A stretch of 37,528 nt of DNA. Origin: Rhodothermia bacterium (lineage in GTDB: Bacteria; Bacteroidota; Rhodothermia; Rhodothermales; JABDKH01). The notes under the pieces were generated by a model, which saw only the letters and a program-made list of their open reading frames with translations, was not told where the DNA came from and made no database searches. Shown piece by piece: positions 17,923 to 26,897 of this stretch. A program made the translations under genes and the position numbers. The DNA lies in NCBI GenBank assembly GCA_018679295.1, contig JAHHLP010000450.1, positions 1-37,528 on the forward strand, read 5' to 3'. Every line of letters starts with the position of its first letter. The first letter of the stretch is position 1.

Positions 17923-18366
17923 CTAGACTTCGAGCTTGGACGGCTTCTGTGCCTCGTGGGGATGATCCGCCCCCGCGTACACCTTCAGCTTCTTCAGCAT
18001 TCGCCTGCCAAGGGGTCCTTTCGGAAGCATCCCGCGGACGGCGTTCTCGACGATGAACTCGGGCTTGGACGACCGCATGTCTCGCGGGCTGCGGACGCGC
18101 ACGCCGCCCGGGTATCCACTGTGACTGAAGTACGTCTTACTGGTCTCTTTCGACCCGGAGAACCGCACCTTGTCTGCGTTTACCACAACCACGAAATCCC
18201 CCGTGTCCACGTGGGGGGTGAAAGACGGCTTGTGCTTGCCACGCAATATCGCGGCAACCCGGGACGCAAGACGTCCGACCACCTGCTGGTCTGCGTCAAC
18301 GATCCACCAGGCTCTTTCGACGTCGGCCGGCTTGGCGCTGACAGTCTTATAGCTCTGAACGTTCAT
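17923..18366 (-). CDS. rplM: 50S ribosomal protein L13
   Basis: Starting at ATG 18366 gives 147 aa. [60 protein letters not shown]. Confidence 0.95.
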   Translation of the reverse strand: MNVQSYKTVSAKPADVERAWWIVDADQQVVGRLASRVAAILRGKHKPSFTPHVDTGDFVVVVNADKVRFSGSKETSKTYFSHSGYPGGVRVRSPRDMRSSKPEFIVENAVRGMLPKGPLGRRMLKKLKVYAGADHPHEAQKPSKLEV

Positions 18367-18643
18367 AAATCCTGTTATTCCTTTCGGGTGCGCCGCGGAC
18401 GGGCCGCGCAAACCCTTGTTTTAGCGCTGGATCCGGGCGCGGCAGCGTTCGCCACCGCGTTCCAAGGACAGCCCGCTAATTTACGCACATCCTCGCCCGA
18501 TCACAATGAATGATTTGTGCATATACCCTTCATGGGCGGGTAAGGAGAGGTTCTGCTGCATCGGCGGACGTATCCGAACAAATAACGCTCCCATGCAGCA
18601 CGTCTTTCCCAAAAATTTGATCGATTCCATGACGTGAGAGCCT

Positions 18644-18673
18644 TTGACCGCGCCCGGTACGCGGATCTATGAT
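18644..18673 (+). promoter_or_regulatory. Sigma70-like promoter candidate TTGACC-N18-TATGAT upstream of the sigma-factor gene
   Basis: -35-like TTGACC at 18644-18649 and -10-like TATGAT at 18668-18673, ~97 nt upstream of ATG 18770. This is a motif match only, and the promoter consensus of this lineage is unknown to me. Confidence 0.25.
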
Positions 18674-18769
18674 GGGTCAAAAAGCCGAATGGAGAGTCCG
18701 ATTGGAACCGGAATTCACGGTCGCGGAGAGAGGGCCCTAGCCGATTGCAGCGGTTGGCCCCGGCGCTCT

Positions 18770-19330
18770 ATGGCCAGTAAATCGCTCGAGAATGCCCGCA
18801 ACGGGAGTGCGGAGGCAGAGGTCGAACTGGCGGTTTGGACCTACAGGCAGCTCCGCTGTGTAGTCGATAGCCTGATTGACAAGGATCACAACGCGCGCGT
18901 TTGCGATGCCGACGCCGTTCTGTCGATCGCCCTCATACGGGTAGAAGCCGGCCGCGACTCCGTCCAGGACCCCGGGTCCTACGCGAGCTGGGTGTCGGTG
19001 GTCGGCCGGAACGCCTATCTGAATTACAAGAGATCGCGTCCGGCCGTGAGACGAGTCAAGGAGGCCGATCTGAGTTACGACGCCGAGCGTCAGATGGAGT
19101 CAAGAATGGACGGTGCGCGTGTTCGACGATCGGTCGAAGATGCAATCAGCCGTCTGCCCGCCTTTCTCCGGGTCGTCGCAACGATGAGGCTCGTGGAGGA
19201 CCAGGATTACGAGTGCATTTCAGTGGCCACGGGCAAGTCCAAGCCGACCGTGCGCGCTTACATGAACAAGGCGCTGGAGCGGCTGCGGACAGACGATCTT
19301 TTGCGATGCCTACTGGAAGAGGCGCGGTGA
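18770..19330 (+). CDS. ECF-type (sigma-70 family, group 4-like) RNA polymerase sigma factor
   Basis: Starting at ATG 18770 gives 186 aa (the ORF track starts at TTG 18644). Region-2-like SYASWVSVVGRNAYLNYKRSR. Region-4 HTH-like LPAFLRVVATMRLVEDQDYECISVATGKSKPTVRAYMNKALERLR. Confidence 0.65.
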   Translation: MASKSLENARNGSAEAEVELAVWTYRQLRCVVDSLIDKDHNARVCDADAVLSIALIRVEAGRDSVQDPGSYASWVSVVGRNAYLNYKRSRPAVRRVKEADLSYDAERQMESRMDGARVRRSVEDAISRLPAFLRVVATMRLVEDQDYECISVATGKSKPTVRAYMNKALERLRTDDLLRCLLEEAR

Positions 19331-19365
19331 GGTGATGTCCGAGTCAAACCCCGAAGCGCTTTGGC

Positions 19366-20496
19366 TCAGGCGTACGTGCTGAGCATCACCGGCATAATCA
19401 GCATCAGCATCTCCTCTCCGGAAGGCTGGTCCTGCGGCGTCACCACGCCCGCGCGATTCGGAGAGCTGAATTCCATGATCACCTCGTCCGAGTCGACATT
19501 CGACAGCACCTCGGTAAGGTAAGATGCGTTGAAGCCAATGGTCATCGGCTCTCCTTCGTACTCACCGAGAACGGTCTCGCGCGCCTCACTCGCGCGCTCG
19601 ATGTCCTCAGCCGAAATCTCGACCTGCTTGGCATCGAGCGACAGCTTGATCTGGTTTGTCATGCTGGAGCTATACAGGCCCACGCGCTTGACTGCCGCGA
19701 GCATGGCGTCCCGATTGACCACGAACTTACGATCGTTCTCGTGTGGAATGACAGCCTCATAGTTCGGATATGCCTCATCGATCTGGCGAGCGAGCACCTG
19801 GGAATCCCCGAAGTCGAAGCCGACGTAGCCTCCGTCGATCCGAATGGTGCACGGCTCATCCTTCGCGACTCGCCCGACGAGCGTCATGGCCTTCTCAGGG
19901 ACTATGAAATTGGTACTCTTGCTGCTCTTGAGCTCGGAAAGAGTCAGGCGGACAAGACGATGGCCGTCCGTAGCGACCGCCCTGCTTTGGCTGCCCTTGA
20001 TCTGGAAGTAGATGCCCATCATGGCGGGACGAAGTGCGTCCTTGCTCACCGCGAAGCTCGTCTTGTGTACGGCTCTCTGAAGCACGGCGCCCGTGGTTGA
20101 AATCTCGAGATCACCGTTCATCTCGGGCAGCGCCGGGTAATCCGCACCATCATGCCCGACCATCTTATAGACGCCCTGGTCGGTGCGCAGCGTCACGTTG
20201 TGCTCGTCGTCGGCCGCGAATTGAATCGGCAGATCCGGCAGCGCGCGAAGCGTGTCAAGCAGTCGGCGGGCGGGTACAGCGACACGCGCCTTCTCCGAGG
20301 TGCCGTTGCTTTCAAACTGGACGGGTAGGTCCTGAACAATCGAGATCTCGAGGTCGGTAGCGCTGAGGCGCAAGCGGTCCGAAGACCGGTCGAACAGGAT
20401 GCACTCCAGTATCGGAAGCGTGCTCTTCGAAGGGACGGCGCCGTTGACAGTAGTAAGCGCCTTGAGGAGTTCGGCGCTCGACGCGGTAAACTTCAT
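19366..20496 (-). CDS. dnaN: DNA polymerase III beta subunit (sliding clamp)
   Basis: 376 aa. MKFT.....L...L..V...V..KSTLPILE.ILF, then LSATDLEISI. Three-domain length, lying immediately downstream of dnaA. Confidence 0.95.
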   Translation of the reverse strand: MKFTASSAELLKALTTVNGAVPSKSTLPILECILFDRSSDRLRLSATDLEISIVQDLPVQFESNGTSEKARVAVPARRLLDTLRALPDLPIQFAADDEHNVTLRTDQGVYKMVGHDGADYPALPEMNGDLEISTTGAVLQRAVHKTSFAVSKDALRPAMMGIYFQIKGSQSRAVATDGHRLVRLTLSELKSSKSTNFIVPEKAMTLVGRVAKDEPCTIRIDGGYVGFDFGDSQVLARQIDEAYPNYEAVIPHENDRKFVVNRDAMLAAVKRVGLYSSSMTNQIKLSLDAKQVEISAEDIERASEARETVLGEYEGEPMTIGFNASYLTEVLSNVDSDEVIMEFSSPNRAGVVTPQDQPSGEEMLMLIMPVMLSTYA

Positions 20497-20734
20497 GGGC
20501 TGAAACCCGGGTTTTGATGACTAGCTAGGCGTCGAAAAAACATACGACAAAGATGTGCCCTGATCCACCGCGGGACGGCGAAGTAACTGGAAAATTCGCC
20601 TGCCGAACTGGCGGTGCGAGCGAGCTCGTAACAGATCGTTGCGCCTGACAGCCACTTGCCGGCGGCAGCCACTAGCGTGCGGCAGCCCGTTGCGCCCCGG
20701 TCGTCGCCTCATGCGGGCGGAATACTACTGTCGT

Positions 20735-22228
20735 TCACCGGCTCCGCAAGTCGATCTTATGGTGGAGCTCTTCGATCATGTCGCGGAAATTGGTGTCCGT
20801 CTCCATCTGATCGTGGACCGACTGGTTGGCGTGGATTACTGTGGAGTGATCACGGCCCCCGAAATGCAGCCCGATCGTCTTCAGGGAATGCTGGGTGAGT
20901 TCCTTGCAGAAGTACATCGCGACCTGGCGTGCACGGACTACTTCGCGCTTGCGGGTCTTGGCGCATACAAGATCGACCGGAATCTGGAAGTAGTCGCAGA
21001 CGACACTCTGGAGCTCGTCGATCGTGAGGTTGATACGGCTGTCCTTGACCAGGTCTCGCAGCACATCCTTTGCCATCACGAGTTCGATGTCGCGCTTGTT
21101 CAGCGTCGAGAACGCCAGGAGTCGAATGAGCGCGCCCTCCAGTTCACGGATGTTGCTCTTCACGTTGTGCGCGATGAACTCGATTACGTCGTGATCAATC
21201 GCGAGCCCGTCGTCCTCTGCCTTACGCCTGAGGATCGCGATCCGCGTCTCGAGGTCGGGCGGCTGCATGTCCGCTGCGAGGCCCCACTGAAACCGCGACA
21301 GCAGTCGCTCCTCGATGCCCTCAATATCTCTTGGCGGCCGATCCGCCGAGAGAACGATCTGCTTTCCTCCCTGGTGCAGGGCATTAAAAATGTGAAAAAA
21401 CTCCTCCTGCGTCTTTTCCTTGCCGGCAAAGAACTGTGCGTCGTCAATGACAAGCAGGTCGACGCTTTGGTAGAACACCGTGAAGTCACTTACCCGGTTG
21501 TGCTGGATCGCCTGGACGAATTCCGTCGTAAAGCGTTCGCTTGAGACATACAGAATGCGGTACTGCGGATCATTTGCCTTTGCGTAGTTGCCGATCGCCT
21601 GCATCAGGTGTGTCTTGCCGAGCCCGACGCCGCCATAGATCATGAAGGGGTTGAAGCTCGTTTTGCCCGGCTGCTTCGCGATCGCCACCGACGCGCTGCG
21701 TGCCAGCCGATTGCAGTCGCCTTCAACAAACCGATCGAAGGTATAGCTCGGGTTTAGATTGCTGTAGACCGCCGACATGACGTGCGTCGTCGTCGTGACG
21801 TTGCCGTCATCCGGCCCGGTCTGAAGCGGCGCAGCCGGTCCACGATCGGAATCGACCTGCCGTCTAGCGTCGACGCGCATCTCGTTCGTCTGCTCCTCGG
21901 ATGCGGTCGGGCGAGCGGGCAACTTGATACCCGATCCACCGTAGCCCGACGATCGATCGCCCTGTTCAATCACGACGTCGTACACAAGGCGACCTTCTGG
22001 CCCGAGGACCTTGGTGATGGTCTTCCGGATGAGCGTCGGGTAGTGCGCCTCCAGCCACTCGTAAAAGAATGGACTGGGAAGCCGCACCGTCAATTTTGCT
22101 CCCGCGTCATCTGTCTCCAGACTCATCGCGCGGACAGGTTCAAACCAGGTCTTGAAGCTCGGCGGGTCGACAACGTCTCGAAACGTGTCGAGACACTCCT
22201 TCCAAACCTCGTCAGGCTTCCGCGTCAT
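20735..22228 (-). CDS. dnaA: Chromosomal replication initiator protein DnaA
   Basis: 497 aa. W...L.......F.TW, Walker A IYGGVGLGKTHLMQAIGN, LLVIDDAQF, SADRPP, IRELEGAL, and the domain IV signature HFGGRDHSTVIHA. Confidence 0.95.
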   Translation of the reverse strand: MTRKPDEVWKECLDTFRDVVDPPSFKTWFEPVRAMSLETDDAGAKLTVRLPSPFFYEWLEAHYPTLIRKTITKVLGPEGRLVYDVVIEQGDRSSGYGGSGIKLPARPTASEEQTNEMRVDARRQVDSDRGPAAPLQTGPDDGNVTTTTHVMSAVYSNLNPSYTFDRFVEGDCNRLARSASVAIAKQPGKTSFNPFMIYGGVGLGKTHLMQAIGNYAKANDPQYRILYVSSERFTTEFVQAIQHNRVSDFTVFYQSVDLLVIDDAQFFAGKEKTQEEFFHIFNALHQGGKQIVLSADRPPRDIEGIEERLLSRFQWGLAADMQPPDLETRIAILRRKAEDDGLAIDHDVIEFIAHNVKSNIRELEGALIRLLAFSTLNKRDIELVMAKDVLRDLVKDSRINLTIDELQSVVCDYFQIPVDLVCAKTRKREVVRARQVAMYFCKELTQHSLKTIGLHFGGRDHSTVIHANQSVHDQMETDTNFRDMIEELHHKIDLRSR

Positions 22229-23040
22229 ACTTTCTTTCTCTACATCCGAGGGCGCTTGGCGGCAGGGCGGGCCGCACCCGCGCTACGTCGAAGGGCCGAG
22301 CATGAAATAGGTCTTACTCCGATTTTGAACCTGCCCGACGCGTGTACACGACTTATTCACAATTCGCGCTGCGCGATCGGCTCGCGTGTCAGGAAGCGCG
22401 CGACGCACGAAGACAGGATGACCCGGACTGCCAGGACAAATCACGGCGACAAAATCAAAGCTTTGAAAATAAAAGACTTACGAACTCCGATGGCGCCCAC
22501 CGCGCATTCGGACTCATAAGCCTCGAAAGTTTCCCTGCCCGCGTGCCCGTTGGTGTCGGGGCGCTATGGCGAGCTTCTCAACAAGTTATCAACACGACGA
22601 CTCGGGTCCGGTCGCAAGATGCGAGACGATCGCCGGATACTCGACGCACTCCAGAAAGGAGCACTCGGAACCGTCGTCATGTTGGATCGCTTTTACAACG
22701 CAACGATGACGCGAACCGCCGTAGAGGTTGTTCGATAGTAACGACTGCCCCCTGCAAGGTCAAGCGAGTCATTCTGGATTTCACAGTACGTTGTGGCGCA
22801 GCCACAGCTTCGCATCTTTGAAGTTCGGAGTTGACTGAAGTCGTGACCAAGTACTCCTTGTCGGGCGGATGGTTGACCGCGAACGCGTTCGCCCCTGGCT
22901 GCCACGTGCCGCAGTGTCGACCGTTTCTTCAATCGCAGTCAAGGGATTCGCCGTTAGCCAAATTTTGATTATGTGCCGGTTCAGTGGGGCGCTATCTTAT
23001 CCTTCTTTGGCTTCAACAACGCGTGCTGATTTCTTCGGAA
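22229..23040. other. Candidate chromosomal replication origin (oriC) region / divergent dnaA and yceD-fab promoter region
   Basis: 812-bp gap upstream of dnaA with no convincing ORF. Gene strand polarity switches here (minus to the left, plus to the right). DnaA-box-like 9-mers with one mismatch each are TTATTCACA (22353-22361) and TTATCAACA (22586-22594). An AT-rich stretch lies at 22451-22480. Confidence 0.5.
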
Positions 23041-23514
23041 ATGATTCGCATCGACATTGCATCGCTCAAGGGCGGCGTTAATCGACTCGAATTCGAGCCT
23101 CCTGCTGAAGAGCTGGAATTGGATCCTGAGGTTTTCTCGAACGTGCAGGTGCGAGCCGAGGTGGACGTCCGCGCGGATCAGATACTCGTGCGCTTTGATG
23201 CTGATGCAAGGGCGCGGCTTGTCTGCGATCGTACACTGAAGCCCTTCACCCAAGACGTCTCCGGTTCGTATGCCGTGCTTTTTTCGTCGCGTGACGATAT
23301 GGGGATGGATGGGGTGGACGATGTCCGCACGTACGCAGCATCGGACAGGACCATTGATATTTCGGAACCCGTTCGCGACACGTTGATTCTGGCGTTGCCG
23401 ACGAAGCGGATCGCGCCTGGCGCCGACGACGTCGAGATTCCGAATCGATTCGGCGAAGCCGACGAAGAGGAGATTGATCCGCGTTGGGAGGCCCTTCGGG
23501 GGCTTCGGAAATAA
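23041..23514 (+). CDS. yceD: YceD/DUF177-family protein (23S rRNA accumulation protein)
   Basis: ATG at 23041 (the ORF track starts at GTG 22984). Acidic protein in the conserved position directly upstream of rpmF-plsX. It contains the C.R.L.PF segment (LVCDRTLKPF) and an acidic C-terminus. Confidence 0.75.
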   Translation: MIRIDIASLKGGVNRLEFEPPAEELELDPEVFSNVQVRAEVDVRADQILVRFDADARARLVCDRTLKPFTQDVSGSYAVLFSSRDDMGMDGVDDVRTYAASDRTIDISEPVRDTLILALPTKRIAPGADDVEIPNRFGEADEEEIDPRWEALRGLRK

Positions 23515-23590
23515 GCATTGCAGAGAACTATAGCAGGCGGTCGTGCGTTCGCACCCGCTATTGAATAATTAGACTTGCGGTCCATTCAAG

Positions 23591-23782
23591 ATGGCAAATC
23601 CGAAACGACGGCATTCAAAGGCCCGTACCAGACAGCGTCGCTCCAAATACTACAGCAGCGTAGAGGCACCGAACCTCATGGAGTGCCCGAACTGCGGCGA
23701 CACCAAGATGCGCCACCACGCCTGTCCCAGCTGCGGTTTTTATCGTGGCCGGCAGGTGGTAGAACGTGCAGAGGTCGACTAA
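23591..23782 (+). CDS. rpmF: 50S ribosomal protein L32
   Basis: MANPKRRHSKARTRQRRS..., with the zinc-ribbon pattern CPNCG....HHACPSCG.YRGR. Confidence 0.95.
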   Translation: MANPKRRHSKARTRQRRSKYYSSVEAPNLMECPNCGDTKMRHHACPSCGFYRGRQVVERAEVD

Positions 23783-23841
23783 CGAACATTGCAGGGGCAG
23801 CCGAACGTTCCTGCAATAAACTGAAAGACCGGTAAGTCGCC

Positions 23842-24846
23842 ATGCCGATCCGAGTAGCAGTCGACGCGATGGGAGGAGACCACGCCCCCAAGGTGGTGGT
23901 CGAAGCCGCCTCCAACGTGTCCTCGCAGCATGGTGATGACATCCAGATTCTCCTTGTTGGATCGGACGAGGCAATAGGATCTCTGTCTGGCACCGACTCT
24001 GGAGCACTCGAAGTAGTTGAGGCTCCCCAGGTGATCGAGATGGATGAGTCGCCGGCGGCAGCGCTGAAGCAAAAACCCCGATCCTCGATTCATACCGGTC
24101 TTGGACTCGTCAAGAGCGGAGACGCGGACGCATTTGCGAGCGCGGGCAACACCGGGGCGGTGATGGCCGCGTCTCTGTTCATCCTGGGGCGGCTCCCGGG
24201 AGTCTCGCGTCCGGCCATCCTTGGTGTCTACCCTACCCTTTCGGGATTCTGCTACGTAATAGACGTCGGTGCCAATGTCGACTGCAAGCCGGAGCACCTC
24301 GTGCAGTTTGCCGATATGGCATCTATCTACGTTGAGCGCGTAGTCAAGAAAGAGCGTCCAACGGTCGGGCTTCTAAGCGTTGGTGAGGAGCGTACGAAGG
24401 GTAACGAAGTGACCAAGGAGGCCTACGGACTTCTTGAGGCCGACCCCAGCCTCAACTTCATCGGCAACATCGAAGGTCGCGACGTCATGGAGCATGCTGC
24501 GGACATTGTGGTGTGCGACGGTTTCGTGGGAAACGTCATCCTGAAGCTGGGCGAGAGCATCGCAACCGTGATTCCGCAGTTGATCGGGCGCGAGATGAAG
24601 CGGCAGTCGCTTGGGGAAGATGCTCAGAAACTGGTTGGCGGTGTGCTTCGCGGCGTCAACAAATCATTCGACTACGAGGAATACGGAGGGATGCCGTTGC
24701 TCGGCGTGAGCGGCACCGTCTTCATCGGACATGGCGGCTCATCCGTACGTGCCATCGAGAACATGATTCTGGCCGCCGCCAACGTTGCTAAGCGCAACGT
24801 GACCGGGTCCATCCAGCAGGCGCTTGGCGCTGCCGCTGAGTCGTAG
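23842..24846 (+). CDS. plsX: Phosphate acyltransferase PlsX
   Basis: IAVDAMGGDHAP, GNTGA.MA, DVGANVDCKPEHL.QFA.M, NIGEE..KGN-like SVGEERTKGN, VVCDGFVGNV.LK, GHG.SS..A..N. Confidence 0.95.
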   Translation: MPIRVAVDAMGGDHAPKVVVEAASNVSSQHGDDIQILLVGSDEAIGSLSGTDSGALEVVEAPQVIEMDESPAAALKQKPRSSIHTGLGLVKSGDADAFASAGNTGAVMAASLFILGRLPGVSRPAILGVYPTLSGFCYVIDVGANVDCKPEHLVQFADMASIYVERVVKKERPTVGLLSVGEERTKGNEVTKEAYGLLEADPSLNFIGNIEGRDVMEHAADIVVCDGFVGNVILKLGESIATVIPQLIGREMKRQSLGEDAQKLVGGVLRGVNKSFDYEEYGGMPLLGVSGTVFIGHGGSSVRAIENMILAAANVAKRNVTGSIQQALGAAAES

Positions 24847-24873
24847 AAGCCTAAACAGATTCGCGAGGAGACC

Positions 24874-25869
24874 ATGACACGGGCTGCTATTACGGCCGTT
24901 GGACACTATTTGCCGGAGGAGCGGCTGACGAACGCGGATCTGGAGAAGATGGTGGACACGTCCGACGAATGGATCCGGACCCGCACCGGCATTCGTGAGA
25001 GGCGCATTCTTCGCGACAAAGACAAGGCCACCTCGTTCATGGCCACCGAGGCGGCGAAGTCACTTATCGAGAAGTCGGGCCTTGACCCTTCCGAGATCGA
25101 CGCGATCATACTCGCAACGGTCACGCCCGACATGTTCTTTCCTGCAACGGCCTGTCTCGTGCAGGATGCCATCGGTGCAGATCGTGCATGGGGCTTCGAC
25201 CTTTCCGCCGCGTGCAGTGGCTTTCTGTTTGCGCTCAGCACGGGTGCGAGCCTTATCGAGTCGGGGCGACACCAGAAAGTGGTCGTGATCGGCGCCGACA
25301 AGATGAGTACGATAACGGACTACACCGACCGCACGACCTGCATCCTCTTTGGTGACGGTGCGGCCGCCGTGCTGCTCGAACCGAACGAAGACGGCTACGG
25401 TCTGCTCGACAGCCTCGAGCGATGCGACGGTTCACAGAAGGACCTCTTGTGCATGGTCGGAGGCGGCAGCCTCAATCCGCCGACGCACGAGACGGTCGAC
25501 AAAAAAATGCACTACCTGCATCAGGAAGGCCGGCACGTCTTCAGATATGCGGTGCAGGGGATGGCGGACGCGGCGGCGGATATCATGGAGCGCAACGGTC
25601 TTTCCGGTGACGATGTTCGATATCTTGTTCCTCACCAGGCGAACCTCCGTATCATCGACGCGACCGCAAATCGAATGGGTATCACCACCGAGAAGGTGAT
25701 GCTCAACATCGAGCGATACGGAAACACGACTGCGGCGACCATCCCGCTGTGCCTTGCCGACTGGGAGAGCCAACTCCGGCAGGGGGACAACCTCATCCTT
25801 GCCGCGTTCGGCGGCGGCTTCACGTGGGGCGCTGCCTATCTCAAGTGGGCCTACGACGGCAAGCAGTAA
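24874..25869 (+). CDS. fabH: Beta-ketoacyl-ACP synthase III
   Basis: [13 protein letters not shown], active-site Cys context [29 protein letters not shown], and [11 protein letters not shown]. Confidence 0.95.
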   Translation: MTRAAITAVGHYLPEERLTNADLEKMVDTSDEWIRTRTGIRERRILRDKDKATSFMATEAAKSLIEKSGLDPSEIDAIILATVTPDMFFPATACLVQDAIGADRAWGFDLSAACSGFLFALSTGASLIESGRHQKVVVIGADKMSTITDYTDRTTCILFGDGAAAVLLEPNEDGYGLLDSLERCDGSQKDLLCMVGGGSLNPPTHETVDKKMHYLHQEGRHVFRYAVQGMADAAADIMERNGLSGDDVRYLVPHQANLRIIDATANRMGITTEKVMLNIERYGNTTAATIPLCLADWESQLRQGDNLILAAFGGGFTWGAAYLKWAYDGKQ

Positions 25870-25928
25870 TCTCTATTCGGCCGACCAGCGACAGCTAGGT
25901 AGGCCGCGGAACCAGAACCGACTGTGAG

Positions 25929-26885
25929 ATGAAGACAGCTATCCTTTTTCCGGGGCAGGGCTCCCAGTATGTCGGCATGGGCAAGGACCTTTTTGATGGC
26001 TACGCTGAAGCACGCCAACGTTTTGAACGCGCCAACGAGGTCTTGGGCTTTGACATTGCCTCTGTGATGTTCGGCAGTGGCGATGAGTCGAAAGCCGAGG
26101 CCGAAGGTGAAGCCTTGAAGCAGACCGACGTCACACAGCCCGCTTTGCTGATCCACTCGATGGCTTCGTGGGCCGTTCTTCAGTCTCGTGGGGTTGCACC
26201 GGCGATGGCGGCGGGCCACAGCCTTGGCGAGTACAGCGCGCTCACCGCAGCGGGCGCGCTGACGTTCGATGACGGTGTGCGCATTGCCCGTGAGCGCGGC
26301 CGCCTGATGGCGGGGGCCGGTTCGGATCGCAAGGGTGCAATGGCGGCTGTTCTGGGTCTCGATGCCGCGGCTGTGACGAGCGCCTGCGACGAGGTCACCT
26401 CCGAAGGTGACGGTGTCGTCCAACCTGCTAATTTCAACTCGACGGACCAGGTCGTGATTTCCGGTGATGCTTCGGCCGTTGAGCGAGCGATGTCTCTGAT
26501 CGGGGAACGGGGAGCGAGACGCGTGATCGCACTGCCGGTCAGCGGGGCTTTTCATTCGCCGCTGATGGAGGATGCGCGAGCGGGACTGGCCGAGGCTCTG
26601 GATTCTCTTGAGATCCGTTCACCCGCCTGTCCCGTCTATCTGAATGTCACGGCCGAGCCTACCCGGGACCCTGAGGAGATTCGCCGGCGACTTCTGGAAC
26701 AGCTTACATCGCCCGTACGGTGGACCCAGATCATGCAGCACATGAAGGAGGCCGGCGCAGATCGGTTTATTGAAGTCGGTGCGGGCAAGGTCCTGAGCGG
26801 ACTGGCAAAAAGAACGTTGGGCAGGGACGCTGCAACCGCGCAAGCGGGAAAGTTTGACGAACTGGCGGATATTACGCCCGCATAA
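25929..26885 (+). CDS. fabD: Malonyl-CoA:ACP transacylase
   Basis: FPGQGSQYVGMG, TQPALL, active site AAGHSLGEYSAL, ANFNS..Q.VISG, LPVSGAFHS.LM, and VRW. Confidence 0.95.
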   Translation: MKTAILFPGQGSQYVGMGKDLFDGYAEARQRFERANEVLGFDIASVMFGSGDESKAEAEGEALKQTDVTQPALLIHSMASWAVLQSRGVAPAMAAGHSLGEYSALTAAGALTFDDGVRIARERGRLMAGAGSDRKGAMAAVLGLDAAAVTSACDEVTSEGDGVVQPANFNSTDQVVISGDASAVERAMSLIGERGARRVIALPVSGAFHSPLMEDARAGLAEALDSLEIRSPACPVYLNVTAEPTRDPEEIRRRLLEQLTSPVRWTQIMQHMKEAGADRFIEVGAGKVLSGLAKRTLGRDAATAQAGKFDELADITPA

Positions 26886-26897
26886 AACCTGGATGAG

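Noticed and set aside
20639-21544. Long antisense or out-of-frame ORFs opposite well-supported genes. Examples: 20639-21544 opposite dnaA, 11143-12114 opposite coaBC, 7357-8010 opposite TerC, 25851-26555 and 26636-27256 opposite fabD/fabG, 34284-34991, 27692-28426 and 8720-9412.
   Set aside because: They are typical shadow ORFs of moderately high-GC DNA. Their sequences are Arg/Pro/Ser/Gly-rich low-complexity with no motifs, and each fully overlaps a gene with unambiguous family signatures.
22342-22932. ORFs inside the dnaA-yceD gap: 22342-22821 (159 aa), 22550-22738 (62 aa) and 22693-22932 minus (79 aa). I also searched for rpmH/rnpA, which are often found next to dnaA.
   Set aside because: The translations are Arg-rich and low-complexity without motifs. 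No L34-like sequence (MKRTFQP...) occurs in any frame. The region is better explained as origin and promoter DNA.
22558-22995. 10-mer GGGGCGCTAT repeated at 22558-22567 and 22986-22995 in the origin gap.
   Set aside because: By my rough estimate, a single 10-mer recurrence within ~800 bp of GC-rich DNA has a chance probability of tens of percent, so it is not significant on its own.
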